A stretch of 64,000 nt of DNA from Nitrospirota bacterium. Lineage in GTDB: Bacteria > Nitrospirota > Thermodesulfovibrionia > Thermodesulfovibrionales > Dissulfurispiraceae. The stretch's first letter is position 1. Every line of letters starts with the position of its first letter. This document shows positions 43,850-56,318 of this stretch, piece by piece. Below the pieces are notes generated by a model that did not search any database, was not told the DNA's origin, and saw only the letters and a list, made by a program, of their open reading frames with translations. The stretch lies in the NCBI GenBank assembly GCA_963710375.1, contig CAVPZX010000002.1:992001-1056000 (forward strand), in the 5' to 3' direction. The translations under genes and the position numbers were made by a program.

Positions 43850-44000
43850 GTAATACTTTACTATTTTGCGTTCTTGCAAAAAAGCCTGGCTTCTTTCGCA
43901 TAGCTGCAAAATAAATTAGCGCCTAACTCATTGAAAAAAAGATGTATTTATAACTGGTATGGTAAGTGCTTAAATAAGTACAGTAAAGGAGGACAGGACA

Positions 44001-44336
44001 ATGAAGGCAAGAAAAGAGATGATAAGGATGGGGACGAAAATCGGTGCGGTGCTTGGGGGAGTAGTATTTTTGGCCGTTGGTCTGATACCGGGCTTTTACT
44101 TTGGCAGCTATGGCGCGCTGATAGCATTGAAACATCTTATGGGCGGGCCTGTAGAGCCTACGGTGCTTGTGCGGATGATCATAGCAGTCGGCATAATGCT
44201 GGGGATAGCATGCATGGCAACTGTGAGCATAGTTATCGGGTCTGTCCTGGGCACGGCGCTCGGTTATTTGGTGGAGGCCCTCTCAGCGCCTGCTGAAGTA
44301 AAAGAAGGAATAAAAGAAGAGGCCAAGGCGCACTAA
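44001..44336 (+). CDS. Small Gly-rich membrane protein
   Basis: RBS AGGAGG; hydrophobic segments. Confidence 0.65.
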   Translation: MKARKEMIRMGTKIGAVLGGVVFLAVGLIPGFYFGSYGALIALKHLMGGPVEPTVLVRMIIAVGIMLGIACMATVSIVIGSVLGTALGYLVEALSAPAEVKEGIKEEAKAH

Positions 44337-46279
44337 TTTATCAGCTTCTCTTGACACTCCACCCTGATGCTGTCGAGCAGGGTTCCCATGCTGTCCAGTA
44401 GTTGGTTCATCTGACTGTATATTTTTTCGGCGCCTTCCCTGTTGCCCGAGTTGCAGGCATTAACTACATCTTTAGCCAGCGAATGTATTTTCTCATGAGG
44501 CGTTTCTATTGTCTTAAAGCTCGGAAGGCTGCCGCACAAACCTTTCCCTTCGCCGTAATACCATTTGCCGAAACTGCACGAGTAATGGTCTTTCATATCA
44601 GAAAGGTTAAGAGTCGAAGTACCTTTTATTAAGCCGGACAGTTTCGTCATAAATATCTTGTGGCCGCTTTTTGCCAAATCGAGTATCATCAGTTCGCTGC
44701 CCTTTGTCTTAAACCCCGAGGTGGAGTTCCGCAACTCCTCGGCTATCTTTACCAGCCCGTTGATTTCAGTCATCACCTCGGCAGACATATTCTCCATGTT
44801 TTTCGAGATATTCGAGGTCTTCTCTATATTGTTCGCGACTTCCTCTGATGCTGCCGACTGTTCATCCACTGCAGTCGCTATCTGGGTTATCTGGTCGCGC
44901 ACTGTCTGGACAGATTCGACAATTTGGTTCAGCGAATCTCCCACCTGCCTTATATATTCCGTGGCGCTGGTCACTTCACTGGATGCCTCCTTCATCGAGG
45001 TTGAGGTCTGCTCTGATTCGGCCTGCACAGCATTGATCTTCTCTGTGATCTCTGCTGTAGCTTTTATGGTCCTCTCTGCAAGTTTCCTCACCTCATCAGC
45101 CACTACTGCAAAGCCCCTACCCTGCTCTCCGGCCCTCGCTGCCTCGATTGCCGCATTCAGGGCGAGCAGGTTTGTCTGATCTGCAATGTCCTTAATCACA
45201 GTAACAATGCCCCCAATCTCGGACGCCCTATTATTGAGCTTCTCGACCATGCTCGCAAGCTCCACTGTAGAGGTGTACACCTTGTTCACGGTAGTAACTG
45301 CGCCGTCCGCCACTGTCTTGCCGCTCGCCGCGGTCTGCATCGCATCTTCGGATGATTTGGACGCTTCGGCTGCATTTCTGGCTATGTCGGTAATGGTCTG
45401 ACTCATCTCTTCTGTTGCTGTTGCTATCTGATGGGCCTGTCCGGACTGTTTCCTCGCTCCTTCCGTAGTGTCCTCGGCCTTTGTCCCGATGATATTGACT
45501 GATGAGACCACGTTGCTGGTGGTCCTCACTATGTTGTCAATCATATGATTGAAAGAATCGATCATTTTATTCATGCTCTGTGCAAGTACGCCTATTTCGT
45601 CTTTATTGTCATATGTAATCTTTGTTGTTAAATCCCCGTCAGATAACTGTCTGACTTTTTCCGTCAAATGTAATAAGGGCTTCAGCATATAGTTGACTAT
45701 CAGGAGGACCATGACTGTTACAGTCAGTATACCGATTAATCCTAATCCTATATAAAGGTTCCTCATTGACTTGATATGTGCAAAGGCGTTTGTTAATGGC
45801 AATGTTATGCTTATAGCTCCCAGGACTGTGCCCTCTTTCACATTATGGCAGGACAGACAGTTCTTCCCCATGGAATTCGCTCGAGCTACATAAGGATATA
45901 CGCCATGAAGAGATTCTCCTTCGAGCATAACTTTCTCCTCACCTTTTCCTAAGACTTCTTTCTCAACTTCATTCTTGGGATAATCGTCAGGACTGCCTTT
46001 GCCAAAGTCTTTATCAACGGCGTCACCCCTTATTACTCTTATATCTGCAATACTCCTCATCTGATCAAGAAACGGAGTTTTAAATTCCTTGATGTTTCCA
46101 TTTACCATTGCGGTTGTCATAGCGTTCAAAACAGTATCTCTATCACCGTGCAATGTGCCGGTCGTGGCCTCATCGATGACCATCTCTTTGGATTTGATTA
46201 TTGTCACAAAAGTGGTGATTATTAACCCTATAATTATCATCCCAATGATCGGTACCGCTACCTTGTTCTTTATCGACAT
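44333..46279 (-). CDS. Methyl-accepting chemotaxis protein with periplasmic CxxCH, HAMP and C-terminal CZB domain
   Basis: [53 protein letters not shown]...PHEKIH. Confidence 0.93.
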   Translation of the reverse strand: MSIKNKVAVPIIGMIIIGLIITTFVTIIKSKEMVIDEATTGTLHGDRDTVLNAMTTAMVNGNIKEFKTPFLDQMRSIADIRVIRGDAVDKDFGKGSPDDYPKNEVEKEVLGKGEEKVMLEGESLHGVYPYVARANSMGKNCLSCHNVKEGTVLGAISITLPLTNAFAHIKSMRNLYIGLGLIGILTVTVMVLLIVNYMLKPLLHLTEKVRQLSDGDLTTKITYDNKDEIGVLAQSMNKMIDSFNHMIDNIVRTTSNVVSSVNIIGTKAEDTTEGARKQSGQAHQIATATEEMSQTITDIARNAAEASKSSEDAMQTAASGKTVADGAVTTVNKVYTSTVELASMVEKLNNRASEIGGIVTVIKDIADQTNLLALNAAIEAARAGEQGRGFAVVADEVRKLAERTIKATAEITEKINAVQAESEQTSTSMKEASSEVTSATEYIRQVGDSLNQIVESVQTVRDQITQIATAVDEQSAASEEVANNIEKTSNISKNMENMSAEVMTEINGLVKIAEELRNSTSGFKTKGSELMILDLAKSGHKIFMTKLSGLIKGTSTLNLSDMKDHYSCSFGKWYYGEGKGLCGSLPSFKTIETPHEKIHSLAKDVVNACNSGNREGAEKIYSQMNQLLDSMGTLLDSIRVECQEKLIN

Positions 46280-46350
46280 GTCTTTTACCCCCCTATCCCT
46301 ATGTAAAGCAAGATTGGAATTGTCCTGTTATTTATTTGTTCTAATGATAT

Positions 46351-46366
46351 AGCAAAGACTGTGCCA
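46351..46366 (-). promoter_or_regulatory. Sigma54 (-24/-12) promoter
   Basis: TGGCAC-AGTCT-TTGCT upstream of the MCP. Confidence 0.7.
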
Positions 46367-46494
46367 TGCGAGATAATGAATTATCTTTTTGATTTGTTAG
46401 GATTTTTGAAGAATGTTATACAGCATGGAAAAGGATTAATTCCAATGTCGAGGGAAAAATTACATGATTTTAATTAATCACCGAGGACATCTGT

Positions 46495-49042
46495 TCACCG
46501 CTGCCATAGGATCAGGGCAGATTCGAGGGGGACCGCAACGCAGGGGAAGTATGGTCTTACTCGTGCAGTATAGTCCGTGGCCGGCCGAGCCTGCCGGAAC
46601 CTGCGCATTGTAAACATATCCGTGCTCTGCGCCAACGAGTTGCTGTCCGATTATCATCGACAGCGCTACCGGGTCGCCGCCATCCACGCCAACTGCATAA
46701 AGTTCTACTTTTACAGCATCAGGGGGTAAGCCATCGAGATAGACCGGAACTGTAAATACGTGCTGCTCTTCAGTAGTATCCACTTTAACTTCTCCGAAGC
46801 GCAGGTTCGCCCATTTTTTTGCCAGGATCTGCTTCCAATTGACCAGCTGAACACCAGTTATACATTTCCCTGCTGCACGCCCGTTATATGTTTCTGCAGC
46901 GGGAATGTAGTATTGCTCGGTGTATTCTATGACAGCCCGCGTTGCGGAAAAGCGCGGTGTCAGGCGCGCCATGCTCTCCCTTATGCGCGCTACCCAGGAT
47001 GTCGGGATGCCGTTTGCATCGCGCTCATAAAACTCCGGGATTACCTGTTGTTCAAGAAGAGCATAGAGCTGTTCAGCTTCTGCCGCATCCCAGGCAGGGT
47101 CATTGTCGTGTTCCTTGCCGTCGCCCAGCGCCCAGCCCACTTCTGGCGCATATGCCTCAGCCCACCATCCATCAAGTTCAGAGATATTGATTCCTCCGTT
47201 GACGAGCACCTTCATGCCGCTCGTTCCGCATGCTTCCCAGGGTCTCCGTGGAGTATTGATCCAGGCATCCACTCCTTGCACCATCTGCTCGGTCAAAGAC
47301 ATGTCATAATCGATGAGGAAAACCGCATGTTTACGCACTTCAGGCTGGCTGACGAAGCGTATCCATTGCTGAATCATGGCCTTGCCCGGCTCATCTTCAG
47401 GATGTGCTTTCCCGGCAATGACAAGCTGTACAGGACGCTTGGGGTCTGACAATATGCGAAGGAGCCTCTCCTGATCGTGCAGGAGAAGATTCGGCCGTTT
47501 GTACGTTGCAAAGCGCCGGGCAAATCCAAGGGTTAATGTGTTGACATCAAATATATGTTTTGCATTTTCGATTTCTTCAGGCGCTGTATCTGAAAAAGCC
47601 AGATGCCGGGAGTGCCGTTGGCGGACGTATTTGAGGAAAGACTCGCGACCGGATGCGCGCAACTGCCAGATATCGGAATCGGGGATAGCACGAATCCTCT
47701 CTTCTATGCTTTCCACTGTCCCTGTCCAGATATCTTTTCCACAAGCCCCGGCAACGAGTGCTTCGGCCTCTTTTGAATTCCAGGTCGGCATATGGACCCC
47801 ATTGGTAACGTGTCCTACCGGCACTTCGCTTTCCGGCCAGTTTGGGAAAAGGGGCTGAAAGATGCGCCGGCTCACCTGGCCATGGAGACGGCTGACACCA
47901 TTGACAGACCCGCTTCCACGCATGGCGAGATAAGCCATATTGAAGTGTTCGCCGGCGTCATTTGGGTTTTGTCGCCCAAGGGCAAGCAGCTCCTGTAGTG
48001 AGATATTGAGTCTGTTCATCGCATATTTGCCCAGATATTGTTCCATGAGGAAAGGAGCAAAGCGGTCAAAGCCTGCAGAAACAGCTGTATGGGAGGTGAA
48101 GTGGTTGCCTGCACGGGTAACCTCTAAGGCAACATCAAAAGGCTGGCCTGTCTCCTCCATAAAGGACCTGGCACGTTCTAATACAGCAAAGGCTGCATGC
48201 CCTTCATTGAGGTGGCAAACATCGGGTTTGATTTCTAGCATTCTGAGCAGCCGCCATCCGCTGATGCCGAGCGTTATCTCCTGCATCAGACGCAACTCGC
48301 TCCCGCCACCATAAAGTTCGCTGGTAATGCCTCTGAATGCCGGTATGTTCGCCGGGTCATTGCTGTCCAGCAGGTAGAGCTTTACTCTACCGACCTGAAC
48401 CTGCCAAGCACGAAGCCAGACTGAATATGCCGGCAGCACAATCTCAAGCCGCAGCCATTCACCGTCAGGTTTGCGCACAGGCGTAATCGGCAGTTGACCG
48501 GGATCATTGTATGGGAAAATAGCCTGTTGCACGCCATTCTTGTCTATCACCTGCCGGAAGTAGCCTTGCTGATATAGCAACCCTACGCCGACTACAGGTA
48601 CCCCGAGATCGCCTGCAGCCTTCAGCTGGTCACCGGCAACGTTGCCGAGGCCGCCCGAATAAATCGGAAGTGCTTCGCTCAGCATAAATTCCATACTAAA
48701 ATAAGCTACGCAGCTCAATGGAGACTCTGAATGATTTTGCTGAAACCAGGAAGGCGCCTTAACTGATTCTCTCTTGGCTTGCACCAGGTCATCGACTTTC
48801 TTGCGGAAGGCAGCATCAGCAAATGCCTGCTGGAATTGGTCCCGCGAGATAGTCTGGAGAACAACCCAGGGGTTGTGCGTCAGCTCCCACAGCACCGGGT
48901 CGAACTGCTGCCAAACCTCGTCGGCCTGAGGGTTCCACGACCAGCGCATGTCCAGGGCAAGCTCTGCAAGGGAATCAACTCCCTCAATATCGGAGGATAA
49001 AAAAGAAAATAACGGGTTGCTGACTCTTTTTGGTTCGCTCAT
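46495..49042 (-). CDS. glgP: Alpha-glucan (glycogen/starch) phosphorylase; frameshift in the last ~40 codons
   Basis: YFSMEF, YSGGLG, HLNEGH, RRFATYKR, EACGTSGMK; alternate frame ends RPATDYTARV.P...ILWQR. Confidence 0.92.
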
Positions 49043-49155
49043 TTTTTATCTCCCAAAGTGGTCAGTTCAATTATATCGCATGAAGATGCAGGTGTCTATT
49101 TTTGCGTACCGGGATACTAACAAATAGATAGCGAGCGTAGGTATGTAGAGGACTC

Positions 49156-49410
49156 TTATGTATTCTGGTTTTGCTGTTGCAGTTTCTTCATCAACCGTTC
49201 ATACTTCTGTGCGCCGATGCATTGCTTCGCAGCTGGACACCACTCAATGCATGAGGGGATCATATCCCGGGTTATTGTTTTTCCACACCCTTTGCAGACC
49301 ATGTCAGGCTCATCTGTCCAGATTTCGTTTTTATGGGTGCAGAAGGCACAAATCAAGTCTTCCGGGTAAGGACTCCTTATTTCCTTGCTTCCTGGGCAGC
49401 TCTCTTTCAT
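49156..49410 (-). CDS. Small Cys-rich (zinc-ribbon-like) protein
   Basis: CPG, CAFC, CKGCG, CIEWCP.A.QC. Confidence 0.65.
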   Translation of the reverse strand: MKESCPGSKEIRSPYPEDLICAFCTHKNEIWTDEPDMVCKGCGKTITRDMIPSCIEWCPAAKQCIGAQKYERLMKKLQQQNQNT

Positions 49411-49463
49411 AATTTAAATATACCAAAAAGAAAGCTCCCCGTCATTGACATAAGTCAAAAAAA

Positions 49464-49598
49464 CGTGAAAAGTGAATAGTGAATGGTGAATCGGCAAAAA
49501 AGCCAGAACAACTTGGTCGTCATTACCCCCGGAACCGGGAATCCAGTCTGTTAAGATGTTGCCGTTCACATTTCACATTTCACGATTCACATTTCACG
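49464..49598. repeat. Inverted heptamer repeat array (GTGAAT / ATTCAC type)
   Basis: CGTGAAA AGTGAAT AGTGAAT GGTGAAT CGG ... CCG TTCACA TTTCACA TTTCACG ATTCACA TTTCACG. Confidence 0.8.
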
Positions 49599-50181
49599 GT
49601 TTTACGCCCCATTGTTTGAACAGGGCATGCCCTATGCCGAAACTGTCCAGAATCTTGCCTGTGATGAAGTCGGTCATGGCATCAAGATTTTTGGGGTGGT
49701 GATAAAAGGCAGGAACGGGCGGAGCGATTGTGACACCAAGCCTTGCAAGTTTCAGCATGTTTTCGAGGTGGATCGCACTGAAGGGCATTTCCCTCGGTGC
49801 AAGGAGCAGATGACGTCCTTCTTTAAGGGTAACATCAGCCGCCCTCTCGATGAGATTGTTTGCGTACCCGTTTGCGATACCAGACAGTGTCTTCATAGAA
49901 CAGGGCACGACCAGCATGCCGTCTGTTTTGAAAGAGCCGCTTGCGATGGGCGCCTCCATATTTTTATCTTCGTAGAAATTCAGGGTATCGGCGCCGAACT
50001 GTTTTCTGAGTTTAAGTTCGGTATCACCTGTCCAGTCGAGGCCGGTCTCATCAGCAATAATGGGGAAAGTATTTGAGGAGATGATGAGGTGCACTGTGGC
50101 TGTTTTCAAGAGTTCTTCCAATACCCTGACGCCGAAGGGAGCGCCGCTCGCGCCGGTTATGGCAAGTATAATGTTCTTCAT
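49594..50181 (-). CDS. ubiX: Flavin prenyltransferase
   Basis: ITGASGA, IASGS, PCSMKTL, ERAADV.LKE, PREMP, HLENM, PAFY. Confidence 0.93.
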   Translation of the reverse strand: MKNIILAITGASGAPFGVRVLEELLKTATVHLIISSNTFPIIADETGLDWTGDTELKLRKQFGADTLNFYEDKNMEAPIASGSFKTDGMLVVPCSMKTLSGIANGYANNLIERAADVTLKEGRHLLLAPREMPFSAIHLENMLKLARLGVTIAPPVPAFYHHPKNLDAMTDFITGKILDSFGIGHALFKQWGVKP

Positions 50182-50349
50182 GCGTTTATTATACGCATAC
50201 CGGGCATTTTAAATAAATGGATCTAATTGCCTGACCCACTATCGAGGTTCGGCTTTCTCTTTACCTTTTTCAATTTATGTGACATAATAAAAAAAATAAA
50301 ATATAGCCCATCCAATACACCTACTTTAAAATTACTGGAGCATGACGGC

Positions 50350-51018
50350 GTGGAACCTGAATATATAATAAGACAGATAATTGTATCTGCTGTCCCGATT
50401 CTTATCGCAATTATATTGCATGAGGTGTCACATGGTTTCATTGCGAACAAATTGGGCGACCCTACGGCAAAGATGTTGGGCAGGTTGACGCTGAATCCTG
50501 TGGCCCACATCGACTTATTCGGCACTATACTTATGCCGCTGCTCCTGCTGGTCACCACTCATGGGCAGTTTGTTTTTGGCTACGCGAAACCTGTCCCCAT
50601 TAATCCAAATAATTTCAGGAACCCAAAACGCGACATGGCTATTTCAGCGGCAGGCGGTCCTTTGATGAATATCGTTATTGCGCTTATCAGCGTCATGGCA
50701 TTGAAATATCTTGTCTTACCTTTGGCATACGGTGCATCTGAACAAGCGATGGTAAAAATCATTAAACCAATGGGTATGATGCTTAACGCAAGCGTACAAA
50801 TAAATATTGTTCTTGCTGCATTTAATTTATTGCCTGTCCCTCCACTGGACGGCGGCAGGGTGCTGATGGGATTTCTGCCCGACAGCCAGGCATATGCATT
50901 AAGCAAGATCGAGCCTTATGGGATGATCATTGTCCTGGTGCTTTTGATGACGGGTATGGCGAGTGTTGTAGTTACGCCTTTGATAAAACTGCTCCTGAGC
51001 CTGGTCGGGATGGTATAG
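50350..51018 (+). CDS. Site-2 protease family (M50) metalloprotease; start uncertain
   Basis: HEVSH, GDPT, AGGP, FNLLPVPPLDGG. Confidence 0.9.
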   Translation: MEPEYIIRQIIVSAVPILIAIILHEVSHGFIANKLGDPTAKMLGRLTLNPVAHIDLFGTILMPLLLLVTTHGQFVFGYAKPVPINPNNFRNPKRDMAISAAGGPLMNIVIALISVMALKYLVLPLAYGASEQAMVKIIKPMGMMLNASVQINIVLAAFNLLPVPPLDGGRVLMGFLPDSQAYALSKIEPYGMIIVLVLLMTGMASVVVTPLIKLLLSLVGMV

Positions 51019-51037
51019 AGAAGGCAATGGAACTTTT

Positions 51038-52036
51038 ATGAATAAAGAGCGAGTTTTGAGCGGCATGCAGGCGAGCGGAAAGTTGCACCTCGGCAACCTT
51101 GTCGGCGCCCTTAAGAACTGGGTAAGCCTTCAGGACGAGTACGACTGTTTCTATTTTGTTGCTGACTGGCACGCTCTCACTACAGGCTATGCTGACCCGT
51201 CAGCAATAAAAAAGAGCTCGGCTGATCTGCTGGTAAATTTTATTGCCGCAGGGCTTGATCCCGATAAATCCACTATATTTATACAGTCGATGGTCCCCCA
51301 GCATGCTGAACTACATTTGCTTTTATCCATGATCACCCCTCTGGGCTGGCTCGAAAGAGTGCCGACTTATAAGGAGAAACAGGAACAATTGAGGGAGAAG
51401 GACCTTTCAACATACGGTTTTCTGGGCTACCCGGTGCTGCAGACAGCCGACATAATCATTTACAGGGCGAAACATGTGCCTGTCGGTATTGACCAAATTC
51501 CGCATCTCGAAATTTCCAGAGAAATTACCAGGAGATTTAATTATTTATATTCTTCAGAAATATTTCCTGAACCTGAAGGGCTGTTGACGGAGTTCCCCAA
51601 GGTAGTGGGGCTTGACGGCAGAAAGATGTCGAAGAGTTATGACAATGCCATTTATTTAAGCGACCCGCCGGATGTGGTGGACCAAAAAATAAGAACTATG
51701 ATAACCGACCCTGCAAGAAAGAGAAGGACTGATAAAGGCGACCCCGAGCTTTCTCCGGTATTCCAGCTGCATAAGATTTTCTCTTCAAAGGAGGAACTCG
51801 AATTTGTCGCGCACGGATGCAGGACTGCAGAGATAGGATGCATAGAGTGCAAGAAAATACTAATAAAGAATATTTTTGTCTATCTTGAGCCTATCTGGAA
51901 AAAGCGCAATGAACTTATAAACAACCCTGACACGCTTTTCGATATTGCCAAAAAGGGTTCTGAAAAAGCCCGGCTGGCAGCGGAAGAGACAATGAAGGCA
52001 GTCAGGGAGCTATTGGGAGTGGCTTACGCTCGATGA
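51038..52036 (+). CDS. trpS: Tryptophanyl-tRNA synthetase
   Basis: HLGN, YPVLQTADI, VPVG.DQ, KMSKS. Confidence 0.96.
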   Translation: MNKERVLSGMQASGKLHLGNLVGALKNWVSLQDEYDCFYFVADWHALTTGYADPSAIKKSSADLLVNFIAAGLDPDKSTIFIQSMVPQHAELHLLLSMITPLGWLERVPTYKEKQEQLREKDLSTYGFLGYPVLQTADIIIYRAKHVPVGIDQIPHLEISREITRRFNYLYSSEIFPEPEGLLTEFPKVVGLDGRKMSKSYDNAIYLSDPPDVVDQKIRTMITDPARKRRTDKGDPELSPVFQLHKIFSSKEELEFVAHGCRTAEIGCIECKKILIKNIFVYLEPIWKKRNELINNPDTLFDIAKKGSEKARLAAEETMKAVRELLGVAYAR

Positions 52037-52045
52037 GGGGGGTTG

Positions 52046-52777
52046 ATGTTGACTGAAGAAGAATTGAAACGTTATAACCGTCAAATGATCATGGACCATT
52101 GGGGAGAGGAAACTCAGCAGAAGCTTAAGAACTCAACGGTTTTTATTGCCGGCGCAGGCGGCCTCGGCTCTCCGGTTTCGATTTACCTTACAGCTGCAGG
52201 CATTGGTAATATCAGGATATGCGATTTTGATTCTCCTGACTGGTCAAACCTGAACAGACAGATTTTGCATAACCATGGAAGGATCGGCACTAATAAGGCA
52301 CTTTCAGCCAAACAGACGCTGAACGAGCTGAATCCGCACGTTAATATTATTGCCCTTACCGATAAAATTGTTGCTGAAAATGTTGATGATCTCGTCGGAG
52401 ATGCTGCATTGATAGTCGATTGCATGGACAACTTTCCGACACGGTATTTACTGAATGAATCTGCAATCAGAAAGAGGATACCGCTTGTATATGGAAGTAT
52501 CTGGGGCATGGAAGGGCGGCTCAGCTTTCTCAGTCCTCCTGAAACTCCATGCTTTAGGTGCCTGTTTCCGGTGGCCCCGCCGTCAGAAGTATTTCCTGTT
52601 GTAGGGGCGACTCCGGGGATTATCGGGTCCTTTCAGGCGCTTGAGACAATAAAATACCTGACCGGTATCGGCGAAAACCTGAAAGGGAGGATTCTCGTCT
52701 GGGAGGGCAAAAAAATGGAGTTTAAGCGTTATAAAACATATAGGGACCCCGAATGCCCTGCATGCAGCAAGTTGTAA
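52046..52777 (+). CDS. HesA/MoeB/ThiF-family adenylyltransferase
   Basis: RYNRQ, GAGGLG, SNLNRQ, DCMDN, CFRC, CPAC. Confidence 0.9.
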   Translation: MLTEEELKRYNRQMIMDHWGEETQQKLKNSTVFIAGAGGLGSPVSIYLTAAGIGNIRICDFDSPDWSNLNRQILHNHGRIGTNKALSAKQTLNELNPHVNIIALTDKIVAENVDDLVGDAALIVDCMDNFPTRYLLNESAIRKRIPLVYGSIWGMEGRLSFLSPPETPCFRCLFPVAPPSEVFPVVGATPGIIGSFQALETIKYLTGIGENLKGRILVWEGKKMEFKRYKTYRDPECPACSKL

Positions 52778-52818
52778 AGTCCGTGGTTTATATCTGATAA
52801 TAGCAAGGAGAAAAGGGT

Positions 52819-54606
52819 ATGAATGGTTTGACAAAGAACGAAAAGCTCAACATATGGATCAAGGAAGTGGAGGATCTCTGCCAACCTGACGCTACGTATG
52901 TGTGCGACGGATCAAAAGATGAATATAATAAGATGATCGACATGTTGCTCAAGAGCGGTATTGCTATTCCGCTTAAGAAGCGTGCCGGCAGCTTTCTTTT
53001 CAGGACCGATCCCAGCGATGTTGCCCGCATTGAAGACCGTACTTATATGAGCACCTCTTCCAGGGAAGAAGCAGGGCCTACTAACAACTGGATCGATCCA
53101 GTGGAATTGAAAAAGACCATGCGAGACCTCTACAGAGGATGCATGAAGGGCCGCACTATGTATGTAATCCCTTTCTCGATGGGACCTATTGGGTCTCCTA
53201 TTTCAAAAATCGGCATTGAACTTACAGACAGTCCCTATGTGGTCATAAATATGCACATCATGACCCGGGTCAGTTCGAGGGTTTTGGATAGGCTCGGCGC
53301 TGACGGGGAATTCATCCCCTGTCTCCACTCAGTCGGCGCTCCTCTTGCTAAAGGCCAGAAAGATACAAAATGGCCTTGCGCCCCGATTGAGAAAAAATAT
53401 ATCAGCCATTTCCCTGAAGAGAACCTGATATGGTCATATGGTTCCGGTTACGGCGGCAACGCCCTGCTCGGGAAGAAGTGCCTTGCTCTCCGTATCGCCT
53501 CTTCCCTGTCAAGACGCGAAGGCTGGCTGGCGGAGCACATGCTGATTCTCAGGCTGACCAATCCTGATGGAAAAAAGTTCCATATTGCGGCTGCATTTCC
53601 TTCTGCCTGCGGTAAAACTAATTTAGCCATGATGCGGCCCTCAATTGCGGGCTGGAAATGCGAGTGCATTGGTGACGATATTGCCTGGATGAAGATAGGG
53701 CCTGATGGTCGTCTTTATGCCATTAACCCTGAAAACGGCTTTTTTGGGGTGGCTCCCGGCACATCCTACAGGACAAATCCGGTGGCGATAGATACATTAA
53801 GGGAAAATATTATTTTCACTAACTGTGCACTGACCGATGACGGTGATGTATGGTGGGAGGGCATGGATGGCGAGGAGCCCGCGCATGCAATAGATTGGAA
53901 AGGCAACGATTGGACTCCGCGAAACACCCATGATGCTGCACATGCCAATGCACGCTTTACAGCCCCTGCTGCACAGTGCCCGACAATTTGCAAAGACTGG
54001 GAGAAACCTGAAGGCGTGCCTATCGATATATTTATTTTCGGAGGCCGTCGCGGTAGTGTCGTCCCGCTGGTTTATGAAGCTTATGACTGGGACCACGGGG
54101 TTTTCCTCGGTGCCACGGCAGCCTCAGAAACGACTGCAGCCAATATCGGAGCTATTGGTAATGTCAGGCGTGACCCTTTTGCAATGAAGCCGTTCTGCGG
54201 CTACAATATGGGCGACTATTTCGGGCACTGGCTTGCTATGGGCGACAGGCTTGGCAACAAGGCACCGAGAGTTTTTTATGTCAACTGGTTCAGGAAGAGC
54301 CAGAGCGGTAAATTTTTATGGCCCGGGTTCAGTGATAACAGCCGTGTGCTCAAATGGATGTGCGAGCGTGTCGAAGGCAAAGTAGGGGCCAGAAAAAGTC
54401 CGATAGGTTTATTGCCGAATGAAGGAGATATCGATCTGAACGGTCTTTCTTTGTCGACTGAAGACATGAAAGAGCTTATGGGCATCGATGCAGAAGAGTG
54501 GAAAGCGGAGATTCCGGATATAGAAAACCATTTTTCGGCATTTGGTAACAGGTTACCGGAAAGATTGAAAAAACAGTTTCAGGAATTCATTCGACGGCTC
54601 GGATGA
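52819..54606 (+). CDS. pckG: Phosphoenolpyruvate carboxykinase (GTP)
   Basis: [39 protein letters not shown]. Confidence 0.95.
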   Translation: MNGLTKNEKLNIWIKEVEDLCQPDATYVCDGSKDEYNKMIDMLLKSGIAIPLKKRAGSFLFRTDPSDVARIEDRTYMSTSSREEAGPTNNWIDPVELKKTMRDLYRGCMKGRTMYVIPFSMGPIGSPISKIGIELTDSPYVVINMHIMTRVSSRVLDRLGADGEFIPCLHSVGAPLAKGQKDTKWPCAPIEKKYISHFPEENLIWSYGSGYGGNALLGKKCLALRIASSLSRREGWLAEHMLILRLTNPDGKKFHIAAAFPSACGKTNLAMMRPSIAGWKCECIGDDIAWMKIGPDGRLYAINPENGFFGVAPGTSYRTNPVAIDTLRENIIFTNCALTDDGDVWWEGMDGEEPAHAIDWKGNDWTPRNTHDAAHANARFTAPAAQCPTICKDWEKPEGVPIDIFIFGGRRGSVVPLVYEAYDWDHGVFLGATAASETTAANIGAIGNVRRDPFAMKPFCGYNMGDYFGHWLAMGDRLGNKAPRVFYVNWFRKSQSGKFLWPGFSDNSRVLKWMCERVEGKVGARKSPIGLLPNEGDIDLNGLSLSTEDMKELMGIDAEEWKAEIPDIENHFSAFGNRLPERLKKQFQEFIRRLG

Positions 54607-56318
54607 ATTTTTCCAAAAAAACGCTCCTTAATGTGTTGGGAGTCGTTTACGCGCACGTGAAAACTTCTGACGGCGGAGACCTTTATTTAACCCGATTTGC
54701 CGAACATTACCAGGAGCATTTGGATACTTGCAACTGGTATGAATCAGACTGGTTCAATAAGTATAGGGTACGGCTTGAAGGCACTGGTTCTGTCTACAGG
54801 TTGCCTACCAAAGCGGTTAACGGTTTAAGCCTTGATCTTGTTGTAAAGAATTGCCGGGTCGGCGAGGATGTGCCTTTCGATACGCATACATTACAGGAAT
54901 TTTGCGACGCCGAATTCAACAGTCCGTGGGAAGAGTTTTCCCTTGTTGCAGAAATGAGGGAGAGCCTGTACGGTCCGAGAAACCTCAAAATACATACCCA
55001 GCGTCCCTTGGCAATCTATGTTCCGCCGGAAAGGATGCAGTTATGGCAGAGCGGCAGGTCCATAGCGAAAATTAATCGCATCCACGCCAAACATCCGGGT
55101 ATAGATGTGGATATCCTCAAACAGTACAAGCTTATTTACGAATGGATAGAAGGCCACAATTTAAAGGAGGTCTTCATGCATATCGATATCAACGACGAGG
55201 AAAAATTCAATCATCTTACCAAAATCAATTGTCATGCTATGTCGGATCTCAACAAGAAAGGGTATTTAGTGGCCGATATGAAACCCGAGCATATAATCAT
55301 TGCCGAAGACGACACGAAGCGCATTGAAGAAATCGGACAGACGCAGACAACCTATCCTGAAAAAGACCAGTTAACTTATATGTATCGAATTATTTATGAA
55401 GCCAAATATTCAGTCATTGACTATGAACTTCTGCTTCGCACTTCTGAACGCGAAGAGGAAGTAATGAATTTCAAGAGGCATTCCTATCTGGATGATCAAC
55501 GCGACCGGTTTATCCCCACCCCTCTGCCTGCCCATTTGTCGAACACAGAAATATTCGGCGTACCATATGTTTATGGACATGCTGAAAGTACGGGCGGACA
55601 TCTGTGGGTAGTGGGAAATAATGCCGGTCTATTCGATTATTTTCTCCCTGAAAGGTGGAGAAAAACACCCACTATAAGGCTTTCAGAGCCCAGGGAGGTC
55701 TTTTATACCATAACAAAGGACAACATTCACCTCGTATGGGCAACATCGCGAGTCGGCGAATTTCCGAGCGAGAGCGAGGAAGAATACTCTTACAGGATAC
55801 GCGAATTCGGTATAAACAGTCCCTTCGAGGAATTTGCGATTGCCCATAAATTGCCGCAGCTCGGGATTCCTTGTGTCTACGTCAGGGCCATCTATATGAC
55901 CGGCAGCGAGAAAGTCGAAGCATCGGCTGACTTGAGTAGGTATGCATCTCACAGGAATATTTTAGACCCCGAAGGCAATCCTATCCTGCAGGAAAATCAT
56001 AATTATATTACTATTCGCGGTTATTATAACGGTCCGGACAATTGGGTTGCAAAGCAGACCGGACCGCTTCAGGTGCCGGTAGACCTTGCCAAAGCTCTTT
56101 ACAGAGGTCTTATTGATAAGACGCAGTGCCGGGTGATGACAGGCAAGGTAAAAGAGAATCTCAGGAAAGCCGGCTATGACGGGTCATTGTTGAAACCGAA
56201 TGACCTGCTCCTTGCCATAAACAGCAGCGGTGAAATAGTCCGGGACACCTCGGGCGAGCCCTTGGTGCTAATCTGCAATTTCGAGTTCATATGGAAGCTA
56301 TCTGTCAATAACGGTTAA
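54603..56318 (+). CDS. Hypothetical protein with an internal duplication of an atypical kinase-like unit
   Basis: RVGE...NSPWEEF / RVGE...NSPFEEF; DMKPEH and IDYELL; ATGA overlap with pckG. Confidence 0.55.
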   Translation: MNFSKKTLLNVLGVVYAHVKTSDGGDLYLTRFAEHYQEHLDTCNWYESDWFNKYRVRLEGTGSVYRLPTKAVNGLSLDLVVKNCRVGEDVPFDTHTLQEFCDAEFNSPWEEFSLVAEMRESLYGPRNLKIHTQRPLAIYVPPERMQLWQSGRSIAKINRIHAKHPGIDVDILKQYKLIYEWIEGHNLKEVFMHIDINDEEKFNHLTKINCHAMSDLNKKGYLVADMKPEHIIIAEDDTKRIEEIGQTQTTYPEKDQLTYMYRIIYEAKYSVIDYELLLRTSEREEEVMNFKRHSYLDDQRDRFIPTPLPAHLSNTEIFGVPYVYGHAESTGGHLWVVGNNAGLFDYFLPERWRKTPTIRLSEPREVFYTITKDNIHLVWATSRVGEFPSESEEEYSYRIREFGINSPFEEFAIAHKLPQLGIPCVYVRAIYMTGSEKVEASADLSRYASHRNILDPEGNPILQENHNYITIRGYYNGPDNWVAKQTGPLQVPVDLAKALYRGLIDKTQCRVMTGKVKENLRKAGYDGSLLKPNDLLLAINSSGEIVRDTSGEPLVLICNFEFIWKLSVNNG

